Origin: an uncultured Sphingomonadaceae bacterium
GTDB lineage: Bacteria; Pseudomonadota; Alphaproteobacteria; Sphingomonadales; Sphingomonadaceae
NCBI GenBank assembly: GCA_964401045.1
Contig: CAYNXB010000001.1
Coordinates: 2,518-66,517 of the forward strand
Direction: 5' to 3'
Length of the DNA stretch: 64,000 nt
Position 1 is the first letter of the stretch. Every line of letters starts with the position of its first letter. The notes beneath the pieces are model-generated. The model searched no databases, was not told the origin of the DNA, and saw only the letters and a program-made list of their open reading frames with translations. Position numbers and translations under genes: made by a program. Below are positions 1 to 10,301 of this stretch, piece by piece.

Positions 1-1704
1 ACCACCTTCGGCACCAGCGCCGGCACGCAGGATTTCGACAGCGTGATGGACGCCGACGTGATCATGGTGATCGGCGCCAACCCGACCGACGCGCACCCGG
101 TGTTCGGCAGCCGCATGAAGCGGCGGCTCCGCCAGGGCGCCAAGCTGATCGTGATCGACCCGCGGCGAATCGACCTGGTGCGCAGCCCCCACATCGAGGC
201 GGAGCATCACCTGCCGGTGCGGCCCGGTACCAATGTGGCGGTGCTCACCAGCCTCGCGCACGTGATCGTCACCGAAGGCCTCATCAACGAGCACTTCATC
301 CGCGAGCGCTGCGACTGGTCTGAATTCGAGGATTGGGCCGCCTTCGTCTCCGGGCCGCACCACAGCCCGGAAGCGATCGAAGCGCTCTGCGGTGTTCCCG
401 CCGAGGAAATCCGCGGCGCCGCTCGCCTCTATGCCACCGGCGGCAACGGCGCGATCTATTACGGCCTCGGCGTCACCGAGCATTCGCAGGGCTCCTCGGC
501 GGTCATCGCGATCGCCAACCTGGCGATGGTCACGGGCAACATCGGCCGTCCAGGCGTGGGCGTGAACCCGTTGCGCGGGCAGAACAACGTCCAGGGTTCG
601 TGCGACATGGGTTCGTTCCCGCACGAGCTGCCGGGCTACCGCCACATCAAGGACGAAGAGGTCCGCTCGCTGTTCGAGAAGGACTGGGGCGTTGCGCTCG
701 ATCCCGAGCCGGGCCTGCGCATCAACAACATGCTCGACGCGGCATGCGACGGCACGTTCCGGGCGATCTACATTCAGGGCGAGGACATTCTTCAGTCCGA
801 TCCCAACACGCAGCACGTCGCCGCCGGGCTCAAGGCGATGGAGCTGGTCGTGGTCCACGACCTGTTCCTCAACGAGACGGCCAACTACGCGCACGTGTTC
901 CTGCCGGGCTCGACCTTCCTCGAGAAGGACGGCACTTTCATCAACGCCGAACGCCGTATCCAGCCGGTGCGCAAGGTGATGGAACCCGCCAACGGTTACG
1001 CGGACTGGGAAGTCACTCAGTTGCTTGCCCAGGCGCTGGGCGCGGACTGGAACTACACCCATCCGAGCGAGATCATCGATGAGATCGCGCGCCTGACGCC
1101 GACCTTCGCCGGGTTCAACTGGGACAAGCTGCTCCGCATCGGCTCGGTGCAGTGGCCGGTTAACGAGAAGTTCCCCGACGGCTCGCCGGTCATGCACGTC
1201 GAGGGCTTCGTGCGTGGCAAGGGCAAGTTCGTCGTCACCGAATACATCCCGACAGACGAGAAGGCCGGGCCGCGCTTTCCGCTGCTGCTCACCACCGGGC
1301 GCATCCTCAGCCAGTACAACGTCGGTGCGCAGACCCGGCGCACCGGCAACGTCGCCTGGCATCCAGAGGATCTGCTCGAGATTCATCCGAGCGACGCCGA
1401 GAACCGCGGGCTCAAGTCCGGCGACTGGGCGCGCCTCGCCAGCCGCACCGGTGAGACGACGCTGCGCGTGCAGGTTACCGACCGGGTCGCGCCGGGCGTG
1501 GTCTACACCACCTTCCACCACCCTACGACGCAGGCCAACGTCGTCACCACCGACTTTTCGGACTGGGCGACCAACTGTCCCGAATACAAGGTAACCGCGG
1601 TACAGGTCGCGCCGTCCAACGGCCCGAGTGAATGGCAGCAGGACTACGACCAGCGGGCAGAACGAAGCCGCCGGATCGCGGTCGAGGCGGAGCCTGCCGA
1701 ATGA
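1..1704 (+). CDS. fdhF: formate dehydrogenase alpha subunit (molybdopterin oxidoreductase), 5' end outside window
   Basis: Frame of track ORF 43..1704 stays open back to nt 1 (TTFGTSAGTQDFDSV...). Mo-bisPGD oxidoreductase stretches are present (IMVIGANPTDAHPV, RGQNNVQGSCDMG, C-terminal VAPGVVYTTFHH). It is followed by FdsD- and FdhD-type genes. Confidence 0.9.
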   Translation, partial: TTFGTSAGTQDFDSVMDADVIMVIGANPTDAHPVFGSRMKRRLRQGAKLIVIDPRRIDLVRSPHIEAEHHLPVRPGTNVAVLTSLAHVIVTEGLINEHFIRERCDWSEFEDWAAFVSGPHHSPEAIEALCGVPAEEIRGAARLYATGGNGAIYYGLGVTEHSQGSSAVIAIANLAMVTGNIGRPGVGVNPLRGQNNVQGSCDMGSFPHELPGYRHIKDEEVRSLFEKDWGVALDPEPGLRINNMLDAACDGTFRAIYIQGEDILQSDPNTQHVAAGLKAMELVVVHDLFLNETANYAHVFLPGSTFLEKDGTFINAERRIQPVRKVMEPANGYADWEVTQLLAQALGADWNYTHPSEIIDEIARLTPTFAGFNWDKLLRIGSVQWPVNEKFPDGSPVMHVEGFVRGKGKFVVTEYIPTDEKAGPRFPLLLTTGRILSQYNVGAQTRRTGNVAWHPEDLLEIHPSDAENRGLKSGDWARLASRTGETTLRVQVTDRVAPGVVYTTFHHPTTQANVVTTDFSDWATNCPEYKVTAVQVAPSNGPSEWQQDYDQRAERSRRIAVEAEPAE

Positions 1705-1982
1705 GCTCGACCATCGAAACGCTGCGGCGGATGGCGAACGACATCGCCCGCAATCTCCAGTCGATGGGGCATGGCGAGGCGAGCCTCGCCACCGCCGACC
1801 ACATCAACCAGTTCTGGGATCCGCGCATGAAGGCGATGATCTTCGCCGACGATCGCAGCCACCTGATCGACGTCGCCGCCAAGGCGATCGATCACCTGGC
1901 TGCGGGCGGGCAGCCGGAATCCCAGACGCGGGCGACGGTCTTCGCCAGCGCGCACGAGACGGGCCATTCCGACGCGGGGTGA
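1701..1982 (+). CDS. formate dehydrogenase delta subunit (FdsD-like)
   Basis: ATG 1701 overlaps the fdhF stop (ATGA). The product is 93 aa with the RMANDIARN...INQFWDPRM stretch recalled from NAD-dependent FDH delta subunits. The first 23 codons of track ORF 1632..1982 lie inside fdhF and are rejected. Confidence 0.75.
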   Translation: MSSTIETLRRMANDIARNLQSMGHGEASLATADHINQFWDPRMKAMIFADDRSHLIDVAAKAIDHLAAGGQPESQTRATVFASAHETGHSDAG

Positions 1983-1993
1983 GCCCGCTCGCA

Positions 1994-2776
1994 ATGATGA
2001 CGCAGCCCGAACAGCCCATCGAAATCCGCTCCGACGGCACCACCCGCGCCATCGATCGCAAGTGGGTGCCCGAAGCGCCGGTGGCGCTCGAATTCAACGG
2101 TCTCGCTTATGCGGTGATGATGGCGACGCCCGCGGACCTCGAGGACTTCGCGCTCGGCTTTGCGCTCACCGAAGGGCTGGCGAAGGCGCCCGGCGATGTG
2201 GCGGAGCTCGCAATCGCGGAAACGGACAAGGGCTGGATCGTCCGCGCCCAGCTTAGCGGGCTCGGGGTCGAGCAGTTGACCGAACGCGTCCGCGCCCGTG
2301 TCGCGGAAAGTTCATGCGGGCTGTGCGGGATCGAGAACCTCGAGGCTGTGGCCAAGCCGCTGCCGCCGGTTGCCGCGCATGAGAAGCTCGAGCCACCGGC
2401 GATCTTCGCGGCGCTCGAAGGCCTGCGGGAGCATCAGCTCCTGATGCGGGCGACCGGCGCCGCGCATGCCGCCGCGTTCTGCTCGCCCGATGGAACGATC
2501 CTCCACGTGCGCGAGGATGTCGGACGGCACAACGCGCTCGACAAGCTGGTCGGTGCGCTGGCGCGCACAGGGCAGGACCCGGCCGCCGGCTTCATCCTCT
2601 CGACCGCGCGCTGTTCGTACGAGATCGTCGAAAAAGCAGTGCGCGCCGGCGCCACCCGGCTGGTCACGATTTCGCTGCCAACTTCTATGGCGGTTACTCG
2701 AGCGAAAGGTTCTAGGCTTAGCCTTTGGTGCCTCGCCCGGCCCGATTCGGTGCTCCAGGTCAACGCCGCGCGTTAA
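1994..2776 (+). CDS. fdhD: formate dehydrogenase accessory sulfurtransferase FdhD
   Basis: ATG 1994 (MMTQPEQ...) is in frame with track ORF 1628..2776 and lies 11 nt after the fdsD stop. FdhD motifs SSCGLCG and GRHNALDKL are present. Confidence 0.9.
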   Translation: MMTQPEQPIEIRSDGTTRAIDRKWVPEAPVALEFNGLAYAVMMATPADLEDFALGFALTEGLAKAPGDVAELAIAETDKGWIVRAQLSGLGVEQLTERVRARVAESSCGLCGIENLEAVAKPLPPVAAHEKLEPPAIFAALEGLREHQLLMRATGAAHAAAFCSPDGTILHVREDVGRHNALDKLVGALARTGQDPAAGFILSTARCSYEIVEKAVRAGATRLVTISLPTSMAVTRAKGSRLSLWCLARPDSVLQVNAAR

Positions 2777-2820
2777 CCGTTGCGGCGGCGCCGAAGGGCC
2801 CGCTCGAACGTTGGAAAACC

Positions 2821-3213
2821 ATGGCTAAGCGTAAACTTCCCAAGCGTGTCCTGGTGGTGGAGGACGATTTCCTCAACCGGCTGTTTTTCTGCGACGTGCT
2901 CAAGGAAGAGGGCTTCGAGGTCGAACCGGTGGCTGACGAGCGGGAGGCGCTCGCCCGGACCGTGGAGTTCCGCCCGGACCTGATCGTGATGGACATCCAC
3001 ATGCCGCACATCTCCGGCGTGGACATCATCAAGTCGCTGAAAGCCAATCCATCGCTGGCCGGAATACCCGTGCTCGCCGTGACCGGGTACGTTGGCAAAG
3101 GCGAGGAGCAGCAGGTGCGCGACGCGGGTGCGGGCGGCTATCTGCCGAAGCCGGTTTCGATCGCGCCGCTGGTCGCCGCGGTCAACAAGCTGATCGAGCT
3201 CGAAGCCGGGTGA
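2821..3213 (+). CDS. single-domain response regulator (CheY/DivK-like receiver)
   Basis: ATG 2821 (MAKRKLPKRVLVVEDD). Receiver hallmarks are present: acidic pair EDD, phospho-Asp context DLIVMDIHMP, VLAVTG and LPKP. Confidence 0.85.
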   Translation: MAKRKLPKRVLVVEDDFLNRLFFCDVLKEEGFEVEPVADEREALARTVEFRPDLIVMDIHMPHISGVDIIKSLKANPSLAGIPVLAVTGYVGKGEEQQVRDAGAGGYLPKPVSIAPLVAAVNKLIELEAG

Positions 3214-3217
3214 GCCG

Positions 3218-3805
3218 CTAGCGCGTTAGCTGGAATACCGCGTGCTCGGCGCGCAGGTTCGGGGCGAAGCCGCCCAGTTCCCTGCCGCCGGCGAAGAACC
3301 AGCACCGCTCGACCTTGACGCCCTTGACGGCGAGCAGCTCGCGAAAATCGTTCACCGTGACGTGGTGAATATTCTCCGTCTCATACCAGCTCACCGGCAA
3401 GTGCCGCGTTACCGGCATGCGGCCGTTGAACAGCAGCGCTGCGCGCATCCGCCAATGGGCGAAATTGGGGAACGAGACGAACGCCCGCCGCCCGACCCTG
3501 AGCAACTGGTCGAGCATCAGGTCCGGCCGCGCGGCGGTCTGCAGCGTCTGGCTGAGGATCGCGAAATCGAATGCGTCGTCAGGGTAATCGGCCAGGTCCT
3601 TGTCGGCGTCGCCCTGAACCACCGACAGGCCACGGCTGACTGCCTTCTCGACCTCGTCGGGATCGATCTCCATTCCGCGCGCATCGACGCCGCGCTCGTC
3701 ACGCAGCGCGGCCATCAGCGCGCCGTCGCCGCAACCGACGTCGAGCACCTTCGCGCCTTGCGGGACATGCTCGGCGATCTTGGCGAGATCTGGGCGCAGT
3801 CTCAT
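3218..3805 (-). CDS. metW: methionine biosynthesis protein MetW
   Basis: 195 aa with the SAM-methyltransferase-fold motif VLDVGCGDG and a full-length MetW-like sequence. Its ATG overlaps the stop of the upstream GNAT gene (ATGA at 3802-3805). Confidence 0.9.
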   Translation of the reverse strand: MRLRPDLAKIAEHVPQGAKVLDVGCGDGALMAALRDERGVDARGMEIDPDEVEKAVSRGLSVVQGDADKDLADYPDDAFDFAILSQTLQTAARPDLMLDQLLRVGRRAFVSFPNFAHWRMRAALLFNGRMPVTRHLPVSWYETENIHHVTVNDFRELLAVKGVKVERCWFFAGGRELGGFAPNLRAEHAVFQLTR

Positions 3806-4233
3806 GCGTAGACCTGTGGATCGTCGCGGGTCAGCATCCGCTCGGGGTAGGGATAAACCGACCAGCCATGACCGGCGTAGAGATCCTGCGCATCCTGCGT
3901 GAACAATGCCCAGCGGCGCAGCCCCTGCAGCTCCGGATGGTTGTCCAGCCAGTCGAGCATCGCGTGCGACAGGCCGTGGCCGCGGTGATCCTCGATCACG
4001 TAGACGTCGGCGAGATAAGCGAAAGTCGCGCGGTCCGAGACGACCCGTGCCATCGCCACTTGCGCGCCGTCCTTGAGTACGGCGACGCAGATCGAGTTGG
4101 CGAGCGCGCGCTTCACCGTCGGCAGCGGAATGCCAGCGGACCAGTAGCTGCGCGTGAGATAGGCGTGGGCGGCGACCGCATCGATCCGCGCCGGATCGCC
4201 GGTCAGCTCGTAGCCATCGGGAAGTGGCCTCAT
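3802..4233 (-). CDS. GNAT family N-acetyltransferase
   Basis: ATG 4233 overlaps the metX stop (ATGA at 4230-4233), giving 143 aa. The GNAT core [17 protein letters not shown] is present. The 169-codon N-terminal extension of track ORF 3802..4740 overlaps metX out of frame and is rejected. Confidence 0.75.
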   Translation of the reverse strand: MRPLPDGYELTGDPARIDAVAAHAYLTRSYWSAGIPLPTVKRALANSICVAVLKDGAQVAMARVVSDRATFAYLADVYVIEDHRGHGLSHAMLDWLDNHPELQGLRRWALFTQDAQDLYAGHGWSVYPYPERMLTRDDPQVYA

Positions 4234-5333
4234 TCGAGAAAGCCTTTCACCACCCGGTCGAGCGCGGGGATGTCGAGCAGGAAGCTGTCGTGCCCGTGGG
4301 GTGAGCGCAGCTCGACGAAGCTGACCGGGGCGGCAACGGCGTTGAGCGCATGAACGATGTGGCGCATCTCCGAGGTCGGATAGAGCCAGTCGGTGTCGAA
4401 GCTGACCAGGCAGAAGCGGGCCTTCGCGCCCGCAAAAGCATCTGCCAGCCGCCCGCCGTGCTCCTCGCCCAAATCGAAATAGTCCATCGCCCGCGAGATG
4501 TAGAGATAGCAGTTCGCGTCGAACCGGCTTGTGAAGCTGATTCCCTGATAGCGCAGGTAGCTCTCGATCTGGAAATCGGCGTCGAAGCCGAAGCTCTTGG
4601 CCTCGCGATCCTGCAGCCTCCGGCCGAACTTGTCTTCCAGCGCGGCTTCCGAGAGATACGTAATGTGCGCTGCCATCCGCGCGACCGAAAGGCCCGCGTC
4701 GGGTGGCTTGCCGTTGGCGTAGTAGTCGCCGCCGTTCCATGCCGGGTCGGCCATGATCGCCTGCCGTCCGACCTCGTGGAACGCGATGTTCTGGGCCGAC
4801 ATCCTTGCCGGCGTGGCGATGCCGAGCACCCGCTCAGCCTTCTCGGGATAGTTGGCGGCCATGCTCAGCGCGAGCATCCCGCCCATCGAGGGGCCGACCG
4901 TGGCGTGCAGCCGCTCGATCCCGAGCGTGTCGAGCAGCGCAACTTGTGCGCGGACCATGTCGCGAACGGTGAACACCGGGAAGCGCATGCCCCACGGCTT
5001 ACCATCCGGCGCCGGACTGGCCGGGCCGGTCGAGCCCATGCAGCTGCCGATGAAGTTGGCGCAGATGACGTGGAAGCGGTTGGTGTCGATCGGCTTGCCG
5101 GGCCCGATCATCCGGCTCCACCAGCCCGGCTTGCCGGTGATCGGATGCGGGCTGGCGACGTGCTGGTCCCCGGTAAGCGCGTGGAACACGAGTATTGCGT
5201 TGTCCTTCGCCGGCGCGAGCGCGCCGTACGTCTCGTAGGCGATGGTCACGCGATCGAGCACCTGGCCGCTATCGAGCGGCAGGGGCTGGGGCAGAACGAG
5301 GCTGCTGTCGGTCGAGGCAAGGACGCTGGCCAT
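4230..5333 (-). CDS. metX: homoserine O-acetyltransferase MetX
   Basis: 367 aa with the alpha/beta-hydrolase nucleophile elbow GPSMGG, a typical MetX N-terminal region ([12 protein letters not shown]) and the metW partner downstream. Confidence 0.93.
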   Translation of the reverse strand: MASVLASTDSSLVLPQPLPLDSGQVLDRVTIAYETYGALAPAKDNAILVFHALTGDQHVASPHPITGKPGWWSRMIGPGKPIDTNRFHVICANFIGSCMGSTGPASPAPDGKPWGMRFPVFTVRDMVRAQVALLDTLGIERLHATVGPSMGGMLALSMAANYPEKAERVLGIATPARMSAQNIAFHEVGRQAIMADPAWNGGDYYANGKPPDAGLSVARMAAHITYLSEAALEDKFGRRLQDREAKSFGFDADFQIESYLRYQGISFTSRFDANCYLYISRAMDYFDLGEEHGGRLADAFAGAKARFCLVSFDTDWLYPTSEMRHIVHALNAVAAPVSFVELRSPHGHDSFLLDIPALDRVVKGFLE

Positions 5334-5391
5334 TTACGCCACGCGAAGTGGGATAGGCGCTTCCCGCTGTCAATCGCGCAGCAACGCAGGT

Positions 5392-6507
5392 ATGCGCGCG
5401 CCCATGAACGGGAGCGCACCTTCACCCAAGCCATGGATCGTCGACATTCGTGCCTATGTGCCGGGCCTCGCGCGCGGCAGCGACGGGCGCGAGCTGGTCA
5501 AGCTCTCGGCTAACGAGAACCCGCTCGGCACCAGTCCGGCGGCGCTGGAAGCGCGCGCTGCCGCGGGCGCGCCCAGTCTCTATCCCGATCCCGACAGCGC
5601 CGATCTACGCGCTGCGATCGGCAAGCGGTACGGGATCGATCCGGCTCGCGTCATCTGCGGCACCGGATCGGACGAACTGCTCAACCTGGCGGCGCAAGCC
5701 TATGCCGGGCCGGGCGACGAGATCGTCCACGTGCGCTACGGCTTCGCGGTCTACGACATCGCCACCCGCCGCTGCGGCGCGAGCCCGGTGATCGCGCCCG
5801 ACCGTGACTACGGGACGGACGTGGACGCGCTGCTGGATTGCGTGGGCGAGAAGACGAGGGTGGTGTTTCTCGCCAATCCCAACAATCCCACGGGCAGCTA
5901 TCTCGACAAGGTGGAGCTCGCGCGGCTGCACGCGGGCCTTCGGGCGGACGTGCTGCTCGTGCTCGACCAGGCTTATGCCGAATACGTGGCGCCGGGCACC
6001 GACGATGGCGGGCTGGAGCTCGCGGCGAAGAATGCCAATGTGCTGGTCACCCGTACGTTCTCGAAGATCTATGGCCTCGCGGGGGAGCGGATCGGCTGGG
6101 GCACCGGCGCGCCTGAGATCGTCGGAATGCTCAACCGCATCCGCGCGCCGTTCAACGTGACGCTGGGCGGGCAGGCCGCCGCGCTCGCCGCGCTAAGCGA
6201 CGAGGCGTTCGTCGACCGCTCGCGCGAGCACAACTTCGCCGAGCGGGCGCGTTTCGTCGCGGCGATCGAGGCGCTCGGCAACCACGGGCTGCGCGCGCTC
6301 CCGAGCGAGGCGAACTTCGTGCTGGTGCTGTTCGAAGGTGCGCTGAGCGCCAAGGCTGCGCACGAGGCGCTGATCGAGGCCGGGATCGCCACCCGACACT
6401 TGCCCGGCCAGGGCCTCGGCCACGGGCTGCGCATCACCATCGGTACGCCCGAGCAGATGGACGTGGTCGCTGGCATCCTGCGCCAGCTGGCAGAGGCGGC
6501 GCAGTGA
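5392..6507 (+). CDS. hisC: histidinol-phosphate aminotransferase
   Basis: Class II aminotransferase motifs LSANENPLG and [15 protein letters not shown] (PLP lysine). The start is ATG 5392 (alternative ATG 5404). The upstream part of track ORF 5242.. overlaps metX and is rejected. Confidence 0.88.
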   Translation: MRAPMNGSAPSPKPWIVDIRAYVPGLARGSDGRELVKLSANENPLGTSPAALEARAAAGAPSLYPDPDSADLRAAIGKRYGIDPARVICGTGSDELLNLAAQAYAGPGDEIVHVRYGFAVYDIATRRCGASPVIAPDRDYGTDVDALLDCVGEKTRVVFLANPNNPTGSYLDKVELARLHAGLRADVLLVLDQAYAEYVAPGTDDGGLELAAKNANVLVTRTFSKIYGLAGERIGWGTGAPEIVGMLNRIRAPFNVTLGGQAAALAALSDEAFVDRSREHNFAERARFVAAIEALGNHGLRALPSEANFVLVLFEGALSAKAAHEALIEAGIATRHLPGQGLGHGLRITIGTPEQMDVVAGILRQLAEAAQ

Positions 6508-7424
6508 CTTTCGCACGCGTCGCGATCGTCGGCCTCGGGCTGCTGGGCGGGTCGATCGGGCTCGCTATCGCCGAGAATTTGCCGGACACCAGTACCACCG
6601 GGTTCGACAGCGATCCCGACGTGCGCCGACGCGCCGCCGAACGCGGCCTGGTCGGCACCGTGTGCGAGACAATGGCCGAAGCGGTCGCCGATGCGGACCT
6701 GGTGATCCTGTGCGTGCCGGTCGGCGCGATGGGCGGGGCGGCGCAAGCGATCGGCGGGCACCTCAAGCCCGGCGCGCTGGTCAGCGACACGGGTTCCTCG
6801 AAAGGCTCGGTGCAGACGGCGCTCGCTGAAGCCTTGCCCGGCCAGCCGGTGATCCCCGCGCACCCCGTCGCCGGGACCGAGCGCAGCGGGCCCGAGGCGG
6901 GTTTCGCCAGCCTGTTCCACAACCGCTGGTGCATCCTCACTCCGCCCGCCGACGCCGATCCGGCGCTGGTCGAGGCGCTCGGGGAGTTCTGGCGCGCCCT
7001 CGGAGCGACGGTCGATGTGATGGATGCCGCGCACCACGATCTCGTGCTCGCGATCACCAGCCACCTGCCGCACCTGATCGCCTACACCATCGTCGGCACG
7101 GCCTCAGATCTCGAGCAGGTCACGCGCAGCGAAGTGATCAAGTATTCGGCCGGCGGCTTCCGCGACTTCACCCGCATCGCCGCCTCGGACCCGACGATGT
7201 GGCGTGACGTGTTCCTCGCCAACCGCGAGGCGGTGCTCGAGATGCTGCAGCGCTTCAGCGAGGATTTGACCGCGCTTCAGCGCGCGATCCGCTGGGGTGA
7301 CGGCGAAAAGCTTTACGACCTGTTCGCCCGCACCCGCGCGATCCGCCGCTCGATCATCGAGCAGGGGCAGGATGTCGACGAGCCCGACTTCGGGCGCGAG
7401 GATCACGGCAGCTTCTCCGATTGA
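6504..7424 (+). CDS. tyrC: prephenate/arogenate (cyclohexadienyl) dehydrogenase
   Basis: GTG 6504 overlaps the hisC stop (GTGA). It has the Rossmann motif [12 protein letters not shown] and the prephenate dehydrogenase core AHPVAGTE. hisC-tyrC is a common pair. Confidence 0.87.
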   Translation: MTFARVAIVGLGLLGGSIGLAIAENLPDTSTTGFDSDPDVRRRAAERGLVGTVCETMAEAVADADLVILCVPVGAMGGAAQAIGGHLKPGALVSDTGSSKGSVQTALAEALPGQPVIPAHPVAGTERSGPEAGFASLFHNRWCILTPPADADPALVEALGEFWRALGATVDVMDAAHHDLVLAITSHLPHLIAYTIVGTASDLEQVTRSEVIKYSAGGFRDFTRIAASDPTMWRDVFLANREAVLEMLQRFSEDLTALQRAIRWGDGEKLYDLFARTRAIRRSIIEQGQDVDEPDFGREDHGSFSD

Positions 7425-8164
7425 CGCTTCGGTAACAACAGCACGACGGCCAGCAACGCCAGGTGCGCGCCAGCCGAAACGTACCGCGCCGCGTCCACCC
7501 GTCCGCCTTCCAGAGAGAGCAACGGATCGGCAAGCGTGTTGGCGAGGTTCCATCCCCAGTGGAGAGCCACGGCCCCCCACAGCGTACGCCAGCGCCACGT
7601 CGCTGCGGCGTAGGCAAGCCCGAGGCAAAACAGCCGCAGTTGCTCGCTCACACCCCAGTCGAACCGCCACACATGGTTGAGCGTGTATAACAGCGCGCTG
7701 CCCACGATGAATGCGACCGGGCCGAGCCGGAGAGGAAATGCGCGGAACAGGAAGCCTCGCGTGAGGATGTCTTCGGCTATAGACGGAATGAACGTGATGA
7801 TGGCCGCCAGCGCGATGCCCACTGCACTGAGTCGAGCGCCTGAAGCGACGAGGGCTCCGGCGCCAAGCGGCGCAGCGAGCGCCAGAGAGGCAAGCTTGGC
7901 AAGTCCGGCGAGAAGCAGCCCCGCCGCCACGAGACGGGGAATCCCCGGATGCCAGGCGAGGCCGTAAGCCGCATAGCCGCCGCCCCCGATCCACCGGCCG
8001 AGAGGCCATGCGAGCGCCAACGTCGCGCACATCAATGCCGGTCCCGCCGGGCTGGCGGGTGCCAGCATGGTCCCCAGTCCTTCGGCCGCCTGATAGCATC
8101 CAAACAGGATGACAAACGCGACCACAGGACGAATCCAGGGGCTATATGGGTGCAGCGGTTTCAC
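7403..8164 (-). CDS. CPBP family intramembrane glutamic endopeptidase
   Basis: Multi-TM protein with CPBP motifs AEDILTRGF (EExxxR-type) and LYTLNH / HWGWN. GTG 8164, 5 nt after the plsC stop, is taken as start (uncertain). The 3' end overlaps tyrC convergently by 22 nt. Confidence 0.7.
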   Translation of the reverse strand: MKPLHPYSPWIRPVVAFVILFGCYQAAEGLGTMLAPASPAGPALMCATLALAWPLGRWIGGGGYAAYGLAWHPGIPRLVAAGLLLAGLAKLASLALAAPLGAGALVASGARLSAVGIALAAIITFIPSIAEDILTRGFLFRAFPLRLGPVAFIVGSALLYTLNHVWRFDWGVSEQLRLFCLGLAYAAATWRWRTLWGAVALHWGWNLANTLADPLLSLEGGRVDAARYVSAGAHLALLAVVLLLPKRQSEKLP

Positions 8165-8169
8165 GGTCG

Positions 8170-8850
8170 TCAGCCGTTCAGCGCGTTGATCTCGCGCAGC
8201 ACACGAGCCTCGACCTCTTCGCGCGGCAGGCCCGGCGGGATCGGCTCGCCGAAACGGATCGAGATCGTGCCGCGCCGCTTCCACGTTCCGGCGTACGTCC
8301 GCCCGCTATCGATCGCCACCGGGATCACCGACAGGGCGAGCATCTTGTAAAGCCCGGCGAAACCAGAGCGCAGCGGAGCCACTTCGCCGTGTGGCACGCG
8401 GGTGCCTTCGGGAAAGATCACCAGTGGTCGACCTTCACTGGCGAAGCGCCTGGCTTCGCCGATCATCGTCCGCAGCGCCATCGCTCCCTGCTCGCGCGCG
8501 ACCGGCACCGCGCCATAGGCGCGGGCCGCGCGGCCCCAGCCGGGAATGCGGAACAGCTCGGCCTTGGCGAACACGACCGGCTGGTGAAACAGCGCGGGCG
8601 CGTCGATCGCGTCGAACATGGTCTCGTGCTTAAGCGCGTAGAGCGCCGGACCGGCCACCCGTTCGCCCTCGATCACAACCTTGATCCCGAGCACATGCAC
8701 CACGCACCAGCGGTGGAACGCCGCCCAGCCGTCCGGCACCTTGCGCGAGATGTGCGGCGGGAACACCAGTGCCGCGACCGAGCCGAGCACGAACACCACG
8801 CTCGCGCTGTAGAACAACAGGTAGAACGCGAGGCTGCGCAGGACGGTCAC
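8170..8850 (-). CDS. plsC: 1-acyl-sn-glycerol-3-phosphate acyltransferase
   Basis: 226 aa with an N-terminal TM helix, the acyltransferase motifs KHETMFD (HxxxxD-type) and FPEGTR. Confidence 0.85.
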   Translation of the reverse strand: MTVLRSLAFYLLFYSASVVFVLGSVAALVFPPHISRKVPDGWAAFHRWCVVHVLGIKVVIEGERVAGPALYALKHETMFDAIDAPALFHQPVVFAKAELFRIPGWGRAARAYGAVPVAREQGAMALRTMIGEARRFASEGRPLVIFPEGTRVPHGEVAPLRSGFAGLYKMLALSVIPVAIDSGRTYAGTWKRRGTISIRFGEPIPPGLPREEVEARVLREINALNG

Positions 8851-8857
8851 GGTCTCG

Positions 8858-9388
8858 CTATCCGCGCCAGGGGCTGGCGAGCATCGCGGCGATCAGCTTG
8901 TGATATTCGAGGAACAGGGTGTCGAACTTGGGTTTCGACCGCACCGCGTCCTCGACCACCTCGATATCGCCGGGCAGCGCGCGGCCGAGTTCGAACGCGG
9001 CGCGGCGCATGTGCCAGTCCGTGGTGACGAGGCGCAGGCGCTTGTACTTGCCCGCGGCGACCCATGCGGCCGATTCGCTGGCGTTGCTGCGGGTATCGAC
9101 CGCGGCGAAGTCGAGCGTCACGCAGCACGCCATTGTCTTACGTGAGACCTTGTATTCAGCGGCGAATTCGCCGGGCTTCACTTCCGGATCGACGCCGCTG
9201 ACGAGCAGGTGTTTCGATTGCCCCTGGCCCAGCAGCTCGAGCCCCCGTTCGATCCGCCCGGCGCCGCCGGTAGGGACGATGATCGCGTCGCTCGGCGCCG
9301 GTTCGGCCGGCTGCGGCAGGAACAGCGCGAACCACAGGAACCCGAATGCCCACAGCGTCACCAATCCCCCGAGAAAACGCCGGATCAC
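8858..9388 (-). CDS. YdcF/ElyC family protein (DUF218)
   Basis: GTG 9388 overlaps the ftsX stop (GTGA), giving 176 aa. A TM helix is followed by the DUF218 core (IIVPTGGAG, LLVSG, TTDWHMRRA). The Arg/Ala-rich extension of track ORF 8858..9967 lies inside ftsX and is rejected. Confidence 0.75.
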   Translation of the reverse strand: MIRRFLGGLVTLWAFGFLWFALFLPQPAEPAPSDAIIVPTGGAGRIERGLELLGQGQSKHLLVSGVDPEVKPGEFAAEYKVSRKTMACCVTLDFAAVDTRSNASESAAWVAAGKYKRLRLVTTDWHMRRAAFELGRALPGDIEVVEDAVRSKPKFDTLFLEYHKLIAAMLASPWRG

Positions 9389-10284
9389 AGGATATTCCTC
9401 AGCGCGGAGAGCACCGTCAGCCGCGCGGTTACCATCGCGATGATGACCCCGGCGAGCGGGATTGCGCCGATCGCCAGCCAGTCGCTCAGGCCGAGTCCGC
9501 CGCCCGCGACCATGCCCGAGCCGAGCTCGGCGAACTGTTGCCCGAGCAGCAGCACGGCGATCACGCCCAGCGCAAGTCCGGCGATCCCGCCGAGCAGCGC
9601 GTCGATCCCGACCGAACGCTGGAAGATGCGCGCGATCTGGCCGTCGGTTCCGCCGAGCAGGTGGACGATCTCGATCGTCTCGCGGTTGCCGCCGAGTGCG
9701 CTGCGCGCCGCGAGCCACACCGCGGCCGCGCTGGTGCCCGCCAGCAGCACGACCAGGCCGAGTGCGAGGAATTGCAGCGAATGGATCGCGTCGAACACCG
9801 GCGCCAGCCAGCTCGACTGCGCATCGACTTGCGCCGCCGGGGCCAGGCTGGCGAGCGCGGCGCGGATTTCCTCCAGCCGCACGTCGGTTACCGCGCCGCG
9901 CAGCTGCGCATCTATCAACGCGGGGGTCGGCACCGCATCGTTTCCGGACCCGGTTTCGCCGAGCCACGGCTCGACCAGCTGGTCGAGTTCCTTCTCACTC
10001 ACTCGTCGCACGTGCGCAACGCCCTCCATGTTCGACAGCACCGCGACCGCAGCCTGGGCCTGGCTATCCCGCGCGACCGGGCCAGCCTCGACTATCTGCA
10101 CGGTGATTCCCCCCGCCAGCTCGGCACGCGCGGCGTAGGCCAGATTGCTCAGCGCGAGCCCGCCCGAGGCGGCGATCACCGTCAGCGCGATCATGATCGC
10201 GATCACCCACGGCATCGGCCCGGCGAGCCGTGCTTGCGGCAGCAGTTGCGACGCGCGCCAGCCGCCGAGCCGCAGCCAGCGCAT
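9385..10284 (-). CDS. ftsX: cell division ABC transporter permease FtsX
   Basis: About 300 aa from ATG 10284 (alternative GTG 10305 forming a GTGA overlap with the ftsE stop). It has a four-TM FtsX-like topology and lies immediately downstream of ftsE. Confidence 0.85.
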   Translation of the reverse strand: MRWLRLGGWRASQLLPQARLAGPMPWVIAIMIALTVIAASGGLALSNLAYAARAELAGGITVQIVEAGPVARDSQAQAAVAVLSNMEGVAHVRRVSEKELDQLVEPWLGETGSGNDAVPTPALIDAQLRGAVTDVRLEEIRAALASLAPAAQVDAQSSWLAPVFDAIHSLQFLALGLVVLLAGTSAAAVWLAARSALGGNRETIEIVHLLGGTDGQIARIFQRSVGIDALLGGIAGLALGVIAVLLLGQQFAELGSGMVAGGGLGLSDWLAIGAIPLAGVIIAMVTARLTVLSALRNIL

Positions 10285-10301
10285 GATGGCGCCCCCGACG
10301 C

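Noticed and set aside
5334-5391. Possible SAM-II (metA/metX-type) riboswitch in the 58-nt leader of metX.
   Set aside because: The leader (…GCGCGAUUGACAGCGGGAAGCGCCUAUCCCACUUCGCGUGGCGUAAAUG) lacks the AAAGCU-type 3' element I associate with SAM-II, and I could not fold a convincing pseudoknot. It would need a covariance-model scan (Rfam RF00521) to decide.
8858-9967. N-terminal extensions of several track ORFs: 8858..9967, 3802..4740, 33823..35094, 31408..32601, 15240..17267, 17072..18154, 9385..10632.
   Set aside because: The extensions overlap the neighbouring, well-supported gene in another frame. They are low-complexity, and an internal ATG/GTG/TTG with an RBS or a 4-nt stop/start overlap gives a protein of family-typical length.
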